DNA of 64,000 nt from Octopus sinensis (Eukaryota), in contig NC_043008.1 in NCBI RefSeq assembly GCF_006345805.1, positions 56,916,001 to 56,980,000 of the forward strand. Direction: 5' to 3'. The notes beneath the pieces are model-generated. The model saw only the letters and a program-made list of their open reading frames with translations, was not told where the DNA came from and searched no databases. A program made the translations under genes and the position numbers. This document shows positions 12,537-26,356 of this stretch, one piece after another (position 1 is the stretch's first letter; each line of letters opens with the position of its first letter).

Positions 12537-13329
12537 TTGTGGTGTGTGTGTGTGTGTGGTGTGTGTGTGTGTGTGTGTGTGTGTGTTGTGTGAATGTATG
12601 TATGTTAATATATAACTAATTATGCAAACATGCGCATGTGCGCGTATATAATGTGTGGATATACATATATATATATATATGTGTGTGTGTGTGCGTATCT
12701 GTATGCGTATGTATGTGCGTGTGTGTGTGTGTGTGTGTGTGTCTGTGTGTGAGTGCGTGTGCGTATGTGTGTGTGTCGACACTGAAAAAGCTGATATCTA
12801 TGAAGTTGCTTTTCTCCTTTTATTTATTTTCACGTGAATGAATGTTTTATTTTTCATATCATATGCTTGATTATTTTCATTTTTAATTAATTTTCAGAGT
12901 GATGTAACTCACACCTGAATGCTAAAAATAAAAACAGAAAAATTCGCTGATTATACGAAAACATGAAATGACTAATTAATTATGTTGAAAAGAATGCATT
13001 CTTCCAGGCCAGATTTCTATTGAAAATCAAAGTTAGCAATATTCAAAGGAAAGGGCTTTACGTTACAAGCCTGGTAATGACAGAATCATATTTAACAGAA
13101 TACCCGTCGTATAAATGAGGTACTATACTTTCGATTCTAAGTTACCACACAAGTACTGTAACCTTCATAATATACCGGGTCAGTGTCAACATCGAAAATA
13201 AAACATCCTTTTCAACGGAACAAAAAACTACCTCCAAATTCGAGGCACAACTATGGGAACGCGATATGCTCCAGTTTTTGCTAACTCGGTATTGGGACAC
13301 TTGGAACAAAACCTATATAAAAAAATTGA

Positions 13330-13620
13330 AGAAAAATTGAAGAAAACTAAGGCTTCACCTTTAGAAGGCATATAGAGGACTTGTCCAGACGAATGCAAAT
13401 CTTCCAGTTTTTATATCCTTTATATTTCATTCTTACATTTCATGTAGCGTCTTCCACCAGTCTTCAACCAGTCCAGGCATGGGTTTCCAAAGAACATCGA
13501 TGGATATTTCATGCTTCATTCTCCTTCAGTGTCCTGCCTATGGTTTTCTTAGACTCATTACTGAGGCTATATAGATAGACTGTCCTGCAGTCCTTGCTTC
13601 GTAGAGTGATGCTGCACTGA
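13330..13620 (-). mobile_element. Old RTE/RTE-X LINE C-terminal remnant
   Basis: Minus frame *AGH*RRMKHEISIDVLWKPMPG resembles the WAGHCxR...VLW.P..G motif of RTE-X. Confidence 0.45.
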
Positions 13621-14837
13621 ATGACTGAGTACCTTCGAAGAATACGAACTGTAAGAAAACCTTAAATGTGACTGGAATCTTCTCTCCCCAAAAACGTTTT
13701 ATTGAACCGCTTCATTCTCAGCCAGAAATCAATAGAGCACCATCTTTCTATACTTAAGTGTTTTAAAGTTGATGTCTTCACTTGTATAACAGTATAACAA
13801 GTTATCATTTAAATAATACTATAAAAACTCATCGATTCCTTTGAAATCAATAGCATCAATGTGCACATATGTATATGTCTGTGTTCTTATGTATGTATAT
13901 ATGTATGTATGTAGATATATATATTATATATATATATATAAATTATACATATATATATCATATATATATAAGTATGTATGTACATATATATATATGTATA
14001 TCTTATATAATATATTATATATATATATATATATATATTATATACATATATTAAATATACATATATATGTATATATATTCATATCCATATATATATTATA
14101 CATATATACATATACATACATATACATATATATACATACACATATATACATACACATATATACATATATATATCCATATATACATATATGTATATATATA
14201 TACATATATATATATATACATATCTATATATATATATATTATGTCTATATATATATTATGTATATATACATTGCAGGCAAAATCTATTATGTTGGTTTTA
14301 ATAAACATTTATCAGGGATGGTGGTAACAAAGTATTGGAAAGGAGCAAATGAAAGAACACATTAGATTAGATCAGAAATATAAATATTGCAGGGAATTTA
14401 ATAAATATCGATTTTCTCGAAGATTGATCTCCATTGTATACTAATTAAACTCATAACTTATGCTTACGTAAGTGTAGACACATCAGCATAATTATATACG
14501 TGTCATATATTTCTCTAATTAATAATTTACAAGATTTCTACTGTCCGATTCCTTGTGTTGCATGAATTACATCCTAATTATTGTTTTTGTGACCCTAAAT
14601 GCTCCCAAATCCACCCTAGTAGTAATAATTAAATGTGTTTCATTCGAGAAATAACCATCCTGTTTTTAGTGTGGATGTAAGATTAAACTACTTCACACCC
14701 TCTGTTTTAAACACAAGAGATCATTATTTTATTCCTACATATATATATATATAGATAGATCCATACACTCGTACATGCACGCACACACACAAGCACACGT
14801 AAACCTAACCGTCCGCTCACTACACACATGCATATGC

Positions 14838-14868
<31 letters not shown>

Positions 14869-14873
14869 ATATA

Positions 14874-14915
<42 letters not shown>

Positions 14916-15786
14916 ATATATATATTTTCCCTTCAACTAATCCCGTTCTCTTTAATATATTTAATATGATACCTAGACACATGACAGAAGAAAAAACATC
15001 CCCTGATATATAAATGATTTCCGGATGAATATCTCCAAAGAATTCCAGATAAACCACATATCTCTGGTTATAACCCTGTGATCACTTATATCAAATACCT
15101 TTAAATGCCTTTTGCAGTTGACATGGTCTGGGCCAATAGTTGCAGAAACCTATCGAAGTATTTAATTATTTAAGTATATGTAAAGACATATATATAAGAT
15201 CCCCTAAAAACGAGGGTAACTATAACTGAGGGTAACCCTACCAGGATATCACCCCATATAAGTGAATATACATAAAACACAAACTTCACACAACAAAGAA
15301 GAAATAAGTCACAAACTCCACACAAAGAAGAACTAAATCCCAATGATGCAAATCTCAACACACAAGTACATACCCAGAATAAAATCAAACAAATGATGCA
15401 AAAACAAATGAACAAATTTACCAAAAAGACATATCCAAGGCAGACAAACTCCAACAAATGCCTTCTAGATTAACGTCCCTTGATTCATTGCTTCGTTGTT
15501 TTGTTTAGGCAAATGTACGAGACGTAAATGTACGTAAATGAAACGAGGTTGTTTTGCAAAATGGAGGCGAGCACCGTTCTCCATATGATCGGCTTGAAAA
15601 TTTGTTAATATACTTGGATATATTGTGCTGTTCTTAACATGAAACCAATGGTAGTCTTAATTCACAAAGAAAGAAATTATTTATCCACCAATGCGGCGTT
15701 GAGCACTCATTTGAACGTTTTACATTAATGTACATACATACATACACACATACATACATACATACATACATACCATCATACATACA

Positions 15787-15822
<36 letters not shown>

Positions 15823-16900
15823 TGTATACATATATGTATATGTATATATATTGTATTGTAATAAAAGTTGCCTGAAGCATTGTAACATGTGTAAACGATA
15901 TAAATGTTTAGAACGTCCTTGAGCGTTGCAAGTAAGAAGCTGCGGAAAATATGTAGCTGATATCAATAAATAAGAATTCCAAGAAAAGATTTTCTGAAGA
16001 TTGATTATCTTACAGTAAAAATTTCTTTTTTCAAATATATACAGGAACAGAAAAACGTTTAGGGGGAATATGTTGTTGGCAGGTTTTAAATTCCAGCGAC
16101 CACTAGCGCTTTGTCTTCGGGTTATCCCTGCAACAATTCTATTAAAATACTGGTAGTTCTTTTTAGCAAATTGCATTCTTCTGTAGTGTTTTATGTGTTT
16201 CAGATAATTTTAAATGAACGTTAATAAAATTATCTCCTCTTTCTCTCAGTCAGTTTTTACGATTTCGTATCTGAGATGCTTAAGGTGATTGACATTATTC
16301 GCATAACATTTATGACGCTATACCGCATATATATATTTTCCAGAAAATAATATTCGTTCATTGATACCCGTATTTATATTGTTTTATCTTTCGTTGTGTG
16401 CAGCAGTATATAGTGTCATATTTATCGCAAAGCAATCTTTGGCATTAATTTCCCGAGAGATATGTTTTAAATATATTAATGATATGCGAATTCAAGCATG
16501 TTTTCTTCCATCTAGCACAGTTATAAATTATTATCAGTATTAGTCGTTTTATTATAAAGCAGTTCCTACATCAGAATAGATTGCATGTAGCTTTATAAAT
16601 TGAACACGTAATTGCCTCCTGGATAACGCGTTTATAAATGGATGATAGGCAGCATATGAATTAAATTAAGCTGCTGCACACGATAAGTATTCCTAAATAT
16701 GCACTGTACACATATTATCGCCTTATCCTCTTACATTAATCTACATATTAAATGCATATATATATGGAGAGCGAGAGAGAGAGAGAGAGAAAGAGACAGA
16801 CATAGATAGATACATAGATACATAGACAAGTAGATATACATACATGCATATGTGTATACATATATGATTTATAAATACATACATATTTTATATATATATC

Positions 16901-16945
<45 letters not shown>

Positions 16946-17280
16946 CATATACTTTCATATATGAATTTATGTATGTATAATAAATACTCACACACACACA
17001 CATATATATACATATATATACATATATATATGTATATATGTATATATGTATATATATAAAAATAGCTATATAGATATACTTTCAATATGCATTTATGTAT
17101 GTATACATACCTACTCACGCACACACACCCACATATAATATTATACATATACATACATACATATATATATGTATATAGGTATATGTATATATTATATATA
17201 ATATATATTAATATATATAATATATATATATACATATATATATATAGTATGTAGATATATGTGTGGTATGTATATAATTA

Positions 17281-17320
<40 letters not shown>

Positions 17321-18420
17321 ATCTGTATATCGTAATTGCATTAATTTCATTTTCACAGCACAAATTTTTGTTGACAAACATTATGAGACAGTAGTTTTTG
17401 AAAGTACGCATGAGTGCTTCAGTGTTGGAATTTTGAATACGTTAAAATATCAGAAAAATATATGTACCTTTAACATAGTATTTTTCTTTCCTTCCTTATT
17501 CACGAACTTGACTTGGAAATCTATAGAAACCTTTCGGATAGTTTTTAACATGTAGTTGTTCTATCATTTTTTTTTTCTTCAAATCAGGGTGGACAAAATG
17601 TCAAATTTAGTATGATGGTAAAATCTTTGGGGAAATTAGTCTGTCGTGTCCTTTACACGAGATTATTGAAGGGAGATAAATTAAAGATGTAAATTTATTT
17701 ATTCGATTTGTAATACCACAAAACGTGTAAAAAGATGTTGAATAGAGTTCTGAAATAAATTGAAGAGAAAATACATCACACCAAGCTTAGACCTCTTCAT
17801 TGAAAACCATTTTCGTTGAAAAGGAATAATGAAGTGGAGTTATCTCATTTATCAAAGCCACACCTTAATCAACTAGGGTAATTAATTAATGAATGCTAAT
17901 TAGAAAAATGGAACATAGTATATTCAATTTACGACATTTCCAATTAACGAATCTTTAGTTTTCTTAGAAAGAGACAGATTTATAGTTATACAGAATGCTA
18001 ACATTTTTTTTAAAAATCTGATACGTTATTGTGCACGGGATCCCTACAGAGATCTTCGCTCTGAATTTTTTTCTACTTGGCACAAATTCATGTAGAATGT
18101 GGTAATTCAGTTACAAAATGTGCGCATCCACACATATGTGCATATATATTATATATTATATATATATAATATTATCATATATATATAATATATATATATA
18201 TAATATATATAGATATACACGCATACGTACATATAATATATTATATAGATATGTATATATATAATTATATATATGTATATATGTATGTATATATATAATA
18301 AATATTATATATATATATATACATCTATATATTCTATATAATTATATATATCATAATATATATATATATACAGACACGCATACGTACATAATATATATAA
18401 ATACATGTATATATTATATG

Positions 18421-18454
<34 letters not shown>

Positions 18455-18544
18455 ATATATGTGTGTATATGTATATATATATATATATGCATATGTATAT
18501 GTATATATGTGTATATATACATGCATATATATATGTAAATATAA

Positions 18545-19391
18545 CAACCGATGTCCCACAGGGCACTGTCTTGGGGTCACTGATGTTCATAGTGACACAC
18601 AAAGGTAAACGACGTGCAAACTGGATACACTGGCCCATGAAGAATTGCAATCCCTGAGTCAAAATCAGTGCGTGACATGAGCAATGATGCATCTTTCCAA
18701 GTGTATATTGCTAATCTGGTGATAAAATGCAGACGGCTAGCTGGATGGATTCTCCGAACTTTCAGAACAAGAGAAAAGGAGACACTGATGGTCCTATGGA
18801 AAACGTTCGACCTCAGCCGCTTGGACTACTGCTCCCAACTATGGTCACCACACAATATAAAACTAACAGCAGAACTCGAAGCAATCAGAGAAGCTACACA
18901 AAGAAAATCGTCTCAATGCAAAATATCAGCTACTGGGAAAGACTGAAAGTATTAAACTTCTTCTCCCTAGAGCGGTGATATACATCTGGAAAATCCTGGA
19001 GGGTCTTGTCCCAATCTTTGGCATTCCAAGTTACCCCAACCGCAGAACTGCATGTTGCCAAAGATTCCAACATCACCATCAAAATACAGGTCCAGATACT
19101 GCAACAGCTTGGGTTTCAGAGGACCATAGCTCTTTAACATCCTCCCTAAATGCCTGAGAGACTTACATGATATGGATGTGGGTTTCGTTAAAACTAAACT
19201 GGATTTCTTCTTGTCAGGAGTCCCAGATGAACCTACCTCACGACAGGAGACGCAGATGCGGGCAGCAGCATCGAACTCCCTTGTTGATCAAGTGCCACGT
19301 ATCAGAGGTGGATTCACGTATTAGTGTAGCTCATTCAGCGGTGGTGCTCCAGCATGGCCGCGGCCTCCGGGCTAAAACATTTTTATGGATT
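18545..19391 (+). mobile_element. CR1-group LINE 3' fragment (internally deleted RT, C-terminus and 3' end)
   Basis: [13 protein letters not shown]; LDYCSQLWSP; QRSYTKKI..ISYWERLKVLNFFSLER; IYIWKILEGLVP; frameshifted. Confidence 0.92.
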
Positions 19392-19476
19392 TAAGGATTT
19401 ATATGTATAGTGTAGATATGTATATATATATATATGCATATATATATATGTATATATAGATATAGATATGTATATA

Positions 19477-19541
<65 letters not shown>

Positions 19542-20040
19542 ATGTGTGTGTGTGTGTGTGCGTCTATGTGTGTGTGAAAACTGAATAAGGAGATGATCTC
19601 TCGGGATATTGTTAAACTATTTATATCTTGAATTCTTGTATATTTACCATGCGAGATGCTCTTCAAAATATCCGACAGGATAAATTATGGTCAAAGGGAT
19701 GTGTTAATAGGCACACACTCGTACACACACTGGAATATGTGACATGTAAATATAAACGTATTATACCTACAAAAAAGCACAAACGTATGCGAACACATAT
19801 ACATAGACACGTATTAATATACATACACAGAAATATACATATATAATATATATATATATAAATATATACATAAATATATAGACAAAAATATATATACACA
19901 CGCATACATATATATTCAAATTCATGCATATGCATAAGCAGAAATATACTCACTGAGATATGCTTATATATCTATACATAAACTCGTTCATAGATACATA
20001 TGTATGTATGTGTGTGAATGTGTGTGTGTGTGCGTACATA

Positions 20041-20258
20041 TATCTTTTATTTGTTTCAGTCATTTGACTGTGGCCATGCTGGAGCTCCGCCTTTAGTCGA
20101 ACAAATCGACCCCAGGACTTATTCTTTGTAAGCCTAGTACTTATTCTATCGGTCTCTTTTGCCGAACTGCTAAGTTACGGGGACGTAAACACACCAGCAT
20201 CGGTTGTCAAGCGATGTTGGGGGGACAAACACATACACACAAACATATACACACACAC

Positions 20259-20295
<37 letters not shown>

Positions 20296-20460
20296 TACGA
20301 CGGGCTTCTTTCAGTTTCCGTCTACCAAATCCACTCACAAAGCTTTGGTCGGCCCGAGGCGATAGTAAAAGACACTTGCCAAGGTGCCACACAGTGGGAC
20401 TGAACCCGGAACCATGTGGTTCGTAAGCAAGCTACTTACCACACAGCCCACTCCTACGCC
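20041..20460 (-). mobile_element. SINE group C, near full length, with internal (CA)/(TA) microsatellite
   Basis: tRNA-like head (TGGTAAGTAG..GGTTCAGTCC), GATTTGGTAGACGGAAACTGAAAGAAGCCCGTCG, microsatellite, tail CTCCAGCATGGCCACAGTCAAATGACTGAAAC. Confidence 0.9.
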
Positions 20461-21761
20461 TATATACATATATATATACACATGTACGTGTGTGTGTACA
20501 TATATATATATATGAATATATACATGTGTGTGTGTGTGTGTGTGCGTGTTTGCATATTTTTCATCTTTTAGACACAAACATAAACGTACGTCCTTATATA
20601 GCAAGATCTAGGAACTGAATTTAGACTTAAAAGCGATATAATGGAGGTAGTCGATATGAGTGTGAGCTGTACTCTATGGTAACATGAAATTATTAAGTAT
20701 AGCAACAAGAACAACCTAATTGATAATTTATAATAGAATAGGCCTAAGGACATCATGCATAGCGTCGCTCGTACATTTAAATATATTCGAAACAAATGAC
20801 TATAGGTGCAATACTTGAATTTAAATGGTGAAATTAAGTTTGGTGTAATCTCCGTTGTAAGCTTACCCTCTAGTATTAAATATAATAAAATCACGGGTTA
20901 TTATGGTATATGGTAAATTAAATTGCATTGCATATGTTATAAGTTATATATTATGGCATCTGGTGTGCTTTATATAATACTATCCCATGATAATCCCTGC
21001 CTAGCTACTCTGACTTGATCTTATTTTGGTGATTCCGCTGTTTTTTTCCTTTTTATTTTGTTCTACCCTACTGAGCATATTAAGTATATTTGTAGTGACT
21101 TTGTGAAAGTAAGTCTCCTTTCGACTAAATCATATAGCCCCTAGAAACTATAAAATGATACATACAATAGCACGTGTGACATTACAACTTATAAAATCTC
21201 TTCGGTCTGAATCCCCTTAACTGCCCCTAACTACGTCCATACCTATTACCTCCTCTTTTCGGATTCCCTTTATCTCTTCCTTACCAGAAATCTTAATCCC
21301 CGTCTTTTTAAATGTAGGTTATATGTACTTCTTATTATTTTCTATAATTTCTTATTATTTTGTTTTCTTATTTTGATATCCTTACCTTATGGATTCTTAC
21401 TTTTTCTTGTTCTTAAATAGATATCTTTCAGTTATTTAAGTTTATGCGAGATGGTTATACGATATCAATATAAACATATAAATATTAGTGTATGTCTATA
21501 TATGCACATAACCTATTAACCTCTTCTCCATTATAAATTGTTATTTTCTTGTTCTTAAATAGATATTTTTGTGTTACTTAAGTCCATGTGATATGGTTGT
21601 GCTTTTTGTGTATGTGTACATGTGTGCACATAAATAAATGTACGTGTATCCCTATGCATCGTTATTTTGTTTTCTGATTCATGGTTTAAAATTAATAGAT
21701 AGATAGCATGTTTATCATTTCAGTTATTCCATAAGTAAATGCCCGGAGTAATCTTTATAAA

Positions 21762-22098
21762 GGGGTAACGACCCCCCTTCGGTCATGAATGACCATGGGA
21801 TTGCACCTAAAATGTTACCCTCCTAGACACAAGTCCGGGCAAGGTTGTTTATGGAAGACCAGCAGTCGCCCGTGCATACCAGCCTCCCCTCTCCACGCCA
21901 CCAGTGTTATCCAAGGGAAAGACAAAGGTCGATACAGCTTGGCACCAGTGACGTCGCAACTCATTTCTACAGCTGAGTGAACTGGAGCAACGTGAAATAA
22001 AGTGCCTTGCTCAAGAACACAACAGGCAGCCCGGTCCGGGATTCGAGCTCACAACCTCACGATCGTAAGCTCGACGCTCTAACCACTGAGCCATACCA
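21762..22098 (-). mobile_element. SINE group B (head H2 + tail T4)
   Basis: A/B-box head, CORE-like TTCTTGAGCAAGGCACTT, 3' end CCATGGTCATTCATGACCGAAGGGG. Confidence 0.85.
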
Positions 22099-23234
22099 CC
22101 TAATAAGTAATTTAGTAAAGGAATGAATATTAAACTAATCCTATGTAATCTTTACTTTTTAATCTTTATAATTGATTGATATATACACACATTTATTCTA
22201 TTTTGGTTATGCTATCACTTTTGACAATCTTAAATTTTATTTTTTATACAATATAACAATATTGTTTATAAACAATGACCCATAGTGCCCCAAAATAAAT
22301 GTTTTTCTCTATTAACGTCTTAGGTTTCTTAGTGTCTTGCCCCTTTCACTGGTAATTAACACCATGATTTCAAGTATTCCCCTACCCAGCCTCTTTTTAT
22401 AGACAATAACTTTATATCCAATTGACTGTTCCTAATGTCTTCTTTCTTCCCTGAGGTAAAGGAATACATATGATGATATGTGTGACCATACCTAGCTATG
22501 AGCTGTCTCTTTTTCTCATAACGATAAATATGAATCACCTAGATTCTATTCTACTATTTATTTTACAAGTCCTTTCTAAAAAGTTTGCTTATACTTCTTG
22601 CACTGAAGAGAACAATGATATATAATTAATTAAATTAATTCAATTCAACAATGAATTTGCATGATGTGTATATCTCTGCATATATCTCTGTATTAATATG
22701 TCCAACGCACACAGAGTACAAACAACAAAAACATTAAATAAGTGGAAGAAAAGTATTTACTTCTGGAAACGTGCTCAGTTTGTAAAAAAAACATATGTAG
22801 CCCTATCTCACGTATCATGTATTCAGGATAATGGAAACCGACATTTAAATTACTCTCCCAGTATAATTCCCTTATATATTTTAATATCTTCTATTCTCCA
22901 TTTTTAATAAAATTGTTGAATTTTAATGACCCGAGGTTTCGACCACTTAAGCTTCAAAGATATCTTAAACAAGATTCTTGTTTCAGAATACTAAATTTGT
23001 ATTCTACAAAGCTGTAGAGTAACACATCAGATTGACATAAACTCCATTGATAATTTCACAACACATTATATACAAGTATTATTTTCATATTCACAAATTT
23101 ATGCGTGTAAACTACCAGCAAAATATGAAGAATCAATATTAGCAATCTTTTTAGGAAACGTCCAAATTAAAGGACGAGTCTACTTCAACCATTTTACTTA
23201 TAATTTAATACATATATATAATATTTCCTCGTGT

Positions 23235-23337
23235 TCCTGTCAGTTGAGGATTGTAGACTCGAAACGTAAAAGATTTTCTCACCTTCCCGAGAGTTAAAAC
23301 CAATACACCGTCTTTTGTTTTACTGTGAATTTCAAAT

Positions 23338-23340
<3 letters not shown>
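23235..23340 (+). mobile_element. Decayed copy of the 9200-type Penelope-like terminus
   Basis: CAGTTGAGGATTGTAGACTCGAAACGTAAAAGA...CCCGAGAGTTAAAAC followed by (TA)n. Confidence 0.5.
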
Positions 23341-23377
<37 letters not shown>

Positions 23378-23477
23378 NNNNNNNNNNNNNNNNNNNNNNN
23401 NNNNNNNNNNNNNNNNNNNNNNNNNNNNNNNNNNNNNNNNNNNNNNNNNNNNNNNNNNNNNNNNNNNNNNNNNNNNN
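23378..23477. other. Assembly gap (100 N)
   Basis: Run of N following (TA)n. Confidence 1.
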
Positions 23478-23739
23478 TACAATATCTGGATGTCCATTAT
23501 CGCGATTGCAATAACATGATACATCCGTCTACGAAGTTCAGCTTATTACAGTCTAAATCAACATTGGTTTTTATCTAATTTTAGAAAACCGCTGCAAGGA
23601 TTCGTCTTGATTTACACGTTCATAACTCTCAGCTTATGAATAGACTTTATAGGAATGGATGAGTGGTTAAGAGACTCGTTTGATAACCGAATGGTTTCAA
23701 GATCAGTCATACTGCTCGGAACTTTTGCTATTATATCCT

Positions 23740-24347
23740 TATTTCTTTATTGCCCGAAAGGAGCTAAACATAGAAGGGGACAAACAAGGACAGCCAAGGA
23801 GATTACGTCGATTACATCGACCCCAGTGCGTAACTGGTACTTAATTTATCCACCCCGGAAGGATGAAAGGCAAAGTCGACCTCGGCGGAATTTGAACTCA
23901 GAACGTAACGGCAGACGAAATGCCTATTTCTTTACTACCCACAAGGGGCTAAAAACAGAGGGGACAAACAAGGACAGACAAACGGATGAAGCCGATTATA
24001 TCGACCCCAGTGCGTAACTGGTACTTATTTACTCAACTTCGAAAGGATGAAAGGCAATGTCGACCTTGGTGGAATTTGAACTCAGAACGTAAAGACAGAC
24101 GAAATACCTATTTCTATTTATTTATTACCCACAAGGGGCTAAACACAGAGAGGACAAACAAGGACAGACAAACGGATTAAGCCGATTATATCGACCCCAG
24201 TGCGTAACTGGTACTTATTTAATCGACTCCGAAAGGATGAAAGGCAAAGTTGACTTCGGCAGAAATTGAACTCAAAACTTAACGGAAGACGAACTACCGG
24301 TAAGCATTTCGCCCGGCGTGCTAACGTTTCTGCCAGCTCGCCGCCTT
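23740..24347 (-). mobile_element. SINE group A trimer (one head + three ~180-bp body/tail units)
   Basis: Three tandem GTATTTCGTC...GAAATA-type units with junctions near 23925 and 24108. Confidence 0.92.
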
Positions 24348-24379
24348 AGCCTATTATCTTCTGCTATCATCCCGGACCT

Positions 24380-24443
24380 GCCAAGGAATTGGAAAAGATT
24401 TGGTAGACGGAAATTGCTTAAAAACTTCCTGTATATATATATA

Positions 24444-24483
<40 letters not shown>

Positions 24484-24617
24484 CATAGTCTCTTCTTATA
24501 GTAGATGAAATAGCTAAGGTTCTTTGGCTGCTATTTCTAAAGTTCGGTTGTGGTAAAGCAAATCTTTGCTGAACCCTAATTATAATTATACTCGTAATTA
24601 TAAAATATTGTACATAC

Positions 24618-24650
<33 letters not shown>

Positions 24651-24669
24651 ATATATTATAATATATATA

Positions 24670-24711
<42 letters not shown>

Positions 24712-24900
24712 GTGTATATTTTGTGTCTGTGTTTACGTCCCCGCAACATAGCGGTTCGGTAAAAGAGACCGAGAGAATAAGTACTAGGCTTATAAAGAAT
24801 ACATCCTGGGGGCGATTTACTTGAACGACTAAAGGCGGTGCTCCAGCATGGCCATAATCAAATGACTGAAACAAGTAAATGAGTAAAAAGAGAGTAAATA
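24380..24900 (+). mobile_element. SINE group C, headless and interrupted
   Basis: GATTTGGTAGACGGAAA, then (TA)n, an unrelated insert, then GTGTTTACGTCCCC...GGCGGTGCTCCAGCATGGCC...GACTGAAAC. Confidence 0.8.
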
Positions 24901-25280
24901 TATATATAAAGACGGAACGGACGAGAGGGTGTGAGTGGGAGAGAAAGAGATAATCGATGTTGGTTTGTTTACTTCCCGCATCTTAACAGCTCGGCTAAGA
25001 ATAGATATCAGACTTTATGACAAAGTACTGGGGTCGATTTATTTTTCCCAAACCCTGTTATTTGGTGCTCCACCATGGCCGCAATGCTTTGTTTGCCACA
25101 AGGAAAAAGCAAGAGACAAAACTATGATGATAAAACAAATGCTAAACAACCAAGTACGTGTACAATCCTAGTTTTAAAATGTAAAGCTTTTAGAATGGGT
25201 GCCAGGATTATGTCACGAAAATGGATCGCCACCTATCGCGACGATGAGCTACATTCTCATTCATTCCATCAATTGAGCTA

Positions 25281-25738
25281 ATCTCTCTCTCTATCCGCTC
25301 AGTCGAAGTCGACTCTCGGTCACTCGTTGGATCAAAGTCCTCCAGTCAGTTCTATCCTGGGCCGCTTCCTTTAGATTGGCCATGTCCATTCCGGTATCAC
25401 TCCTGATGGTGTCAAGCCAGCGGGTTCTGGTCGACCTCTTTCTCTCTTGCCACTGGCCATTCCGAGCATGGTGTCCTTCTCCAGGGATTCTCTCCGCATA
25501 ATATGACCGAAATATGCCAATCTGCGCTTGGCGATCCCAGCTTCTATCGACATTTTCGGCCTTATCTGTTTAAGAATTTCTCCATTGGTGAGCCTCGCTG
25601 TCAATGGAATCCGAAAAAGTCTTCTCCAACACCAAAGCTCGAATGCATTAATTCTCTTCTGGTCAGCTTTCTTTAGTGTCCAGGTCTCGCATCCACATGT
25701 TGCTACTGGGACGACAATTGCATTCACCAATCTGCAAC
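25281..25738 (-). mobile_element. RTE (BovB-like) LINE 3' end
   Basis: CGCETWTLKKADQKRINAFELWCWRRL...AYFGHIMRRESLEKDTMLGM..GKRERGRP, followed by a short (AG)n tail. Confidence 0.93.
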
Positions 25739-26149
25739 TTAACAAATATGTATTGTATTAACATCTAAATATGTAACCAATCCAGAAACATTTGTTAAAG
25801 CTCATACTTTTCTCGAGCAGTTTGAACCAACACAATGATTTGCTTTTCGTAGACAATCTAACACTAAAATAGATTTAGACAAGTCAAAGCTTGCACAAGA
25901 ATAGATTCCAATCATTATTCATGGTTTTCTTTCGCAGTCTATTGAGAGAATATTTAGCCCCTAACTATGTTTTATATTATTTCCTCGAAAACATAAAACA
26001 GTTATATTTTTAACTTAACACCGTTTTTTACTCAGGTCAATCACCGTTACCTGATATTCACCTCTCCTCTAAACAGTTTCCTTTACATTATGTACGTAAA
26101 CGCATACTCACGCACACGCGCGCACACACAAGCACAAACGTATATACAA

Positions 26150-26196
<47 letters not shown>

Positions 26197-26322
26197 CACA
26201 ATATATATGCATATATGTATACGCATATATTATATATATATGTTTGTATGTATGTATGTGCGGATGTATGCAAGCATGAGTAATACATATATATACACAC
26301 ATACATATATATATACACATAC

Positions 26323-26356
<34 letters not shown>

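Noticed and set aside
15634-16176. 180-codon minus-strand ORF
   Set aside because: It starts at a TTG codon, includes a microsatellite, and shows no recognisable domain or convincing splice pair.
20600-22600. Pyrimidine-rich stretch suggestive of an ancient LINE
   Set aside because: No translatable motif was recovered by eye; only a diverged ~135-bp local duplication (near 21400 and 21540) is evident.
23740-24347. Regularly spaced repeats resembling a CRISPR array
   Set aside because: The units are ~180-bp SINE bodies without unique spacers, the context is eukaryotic, and there are no cas genes.
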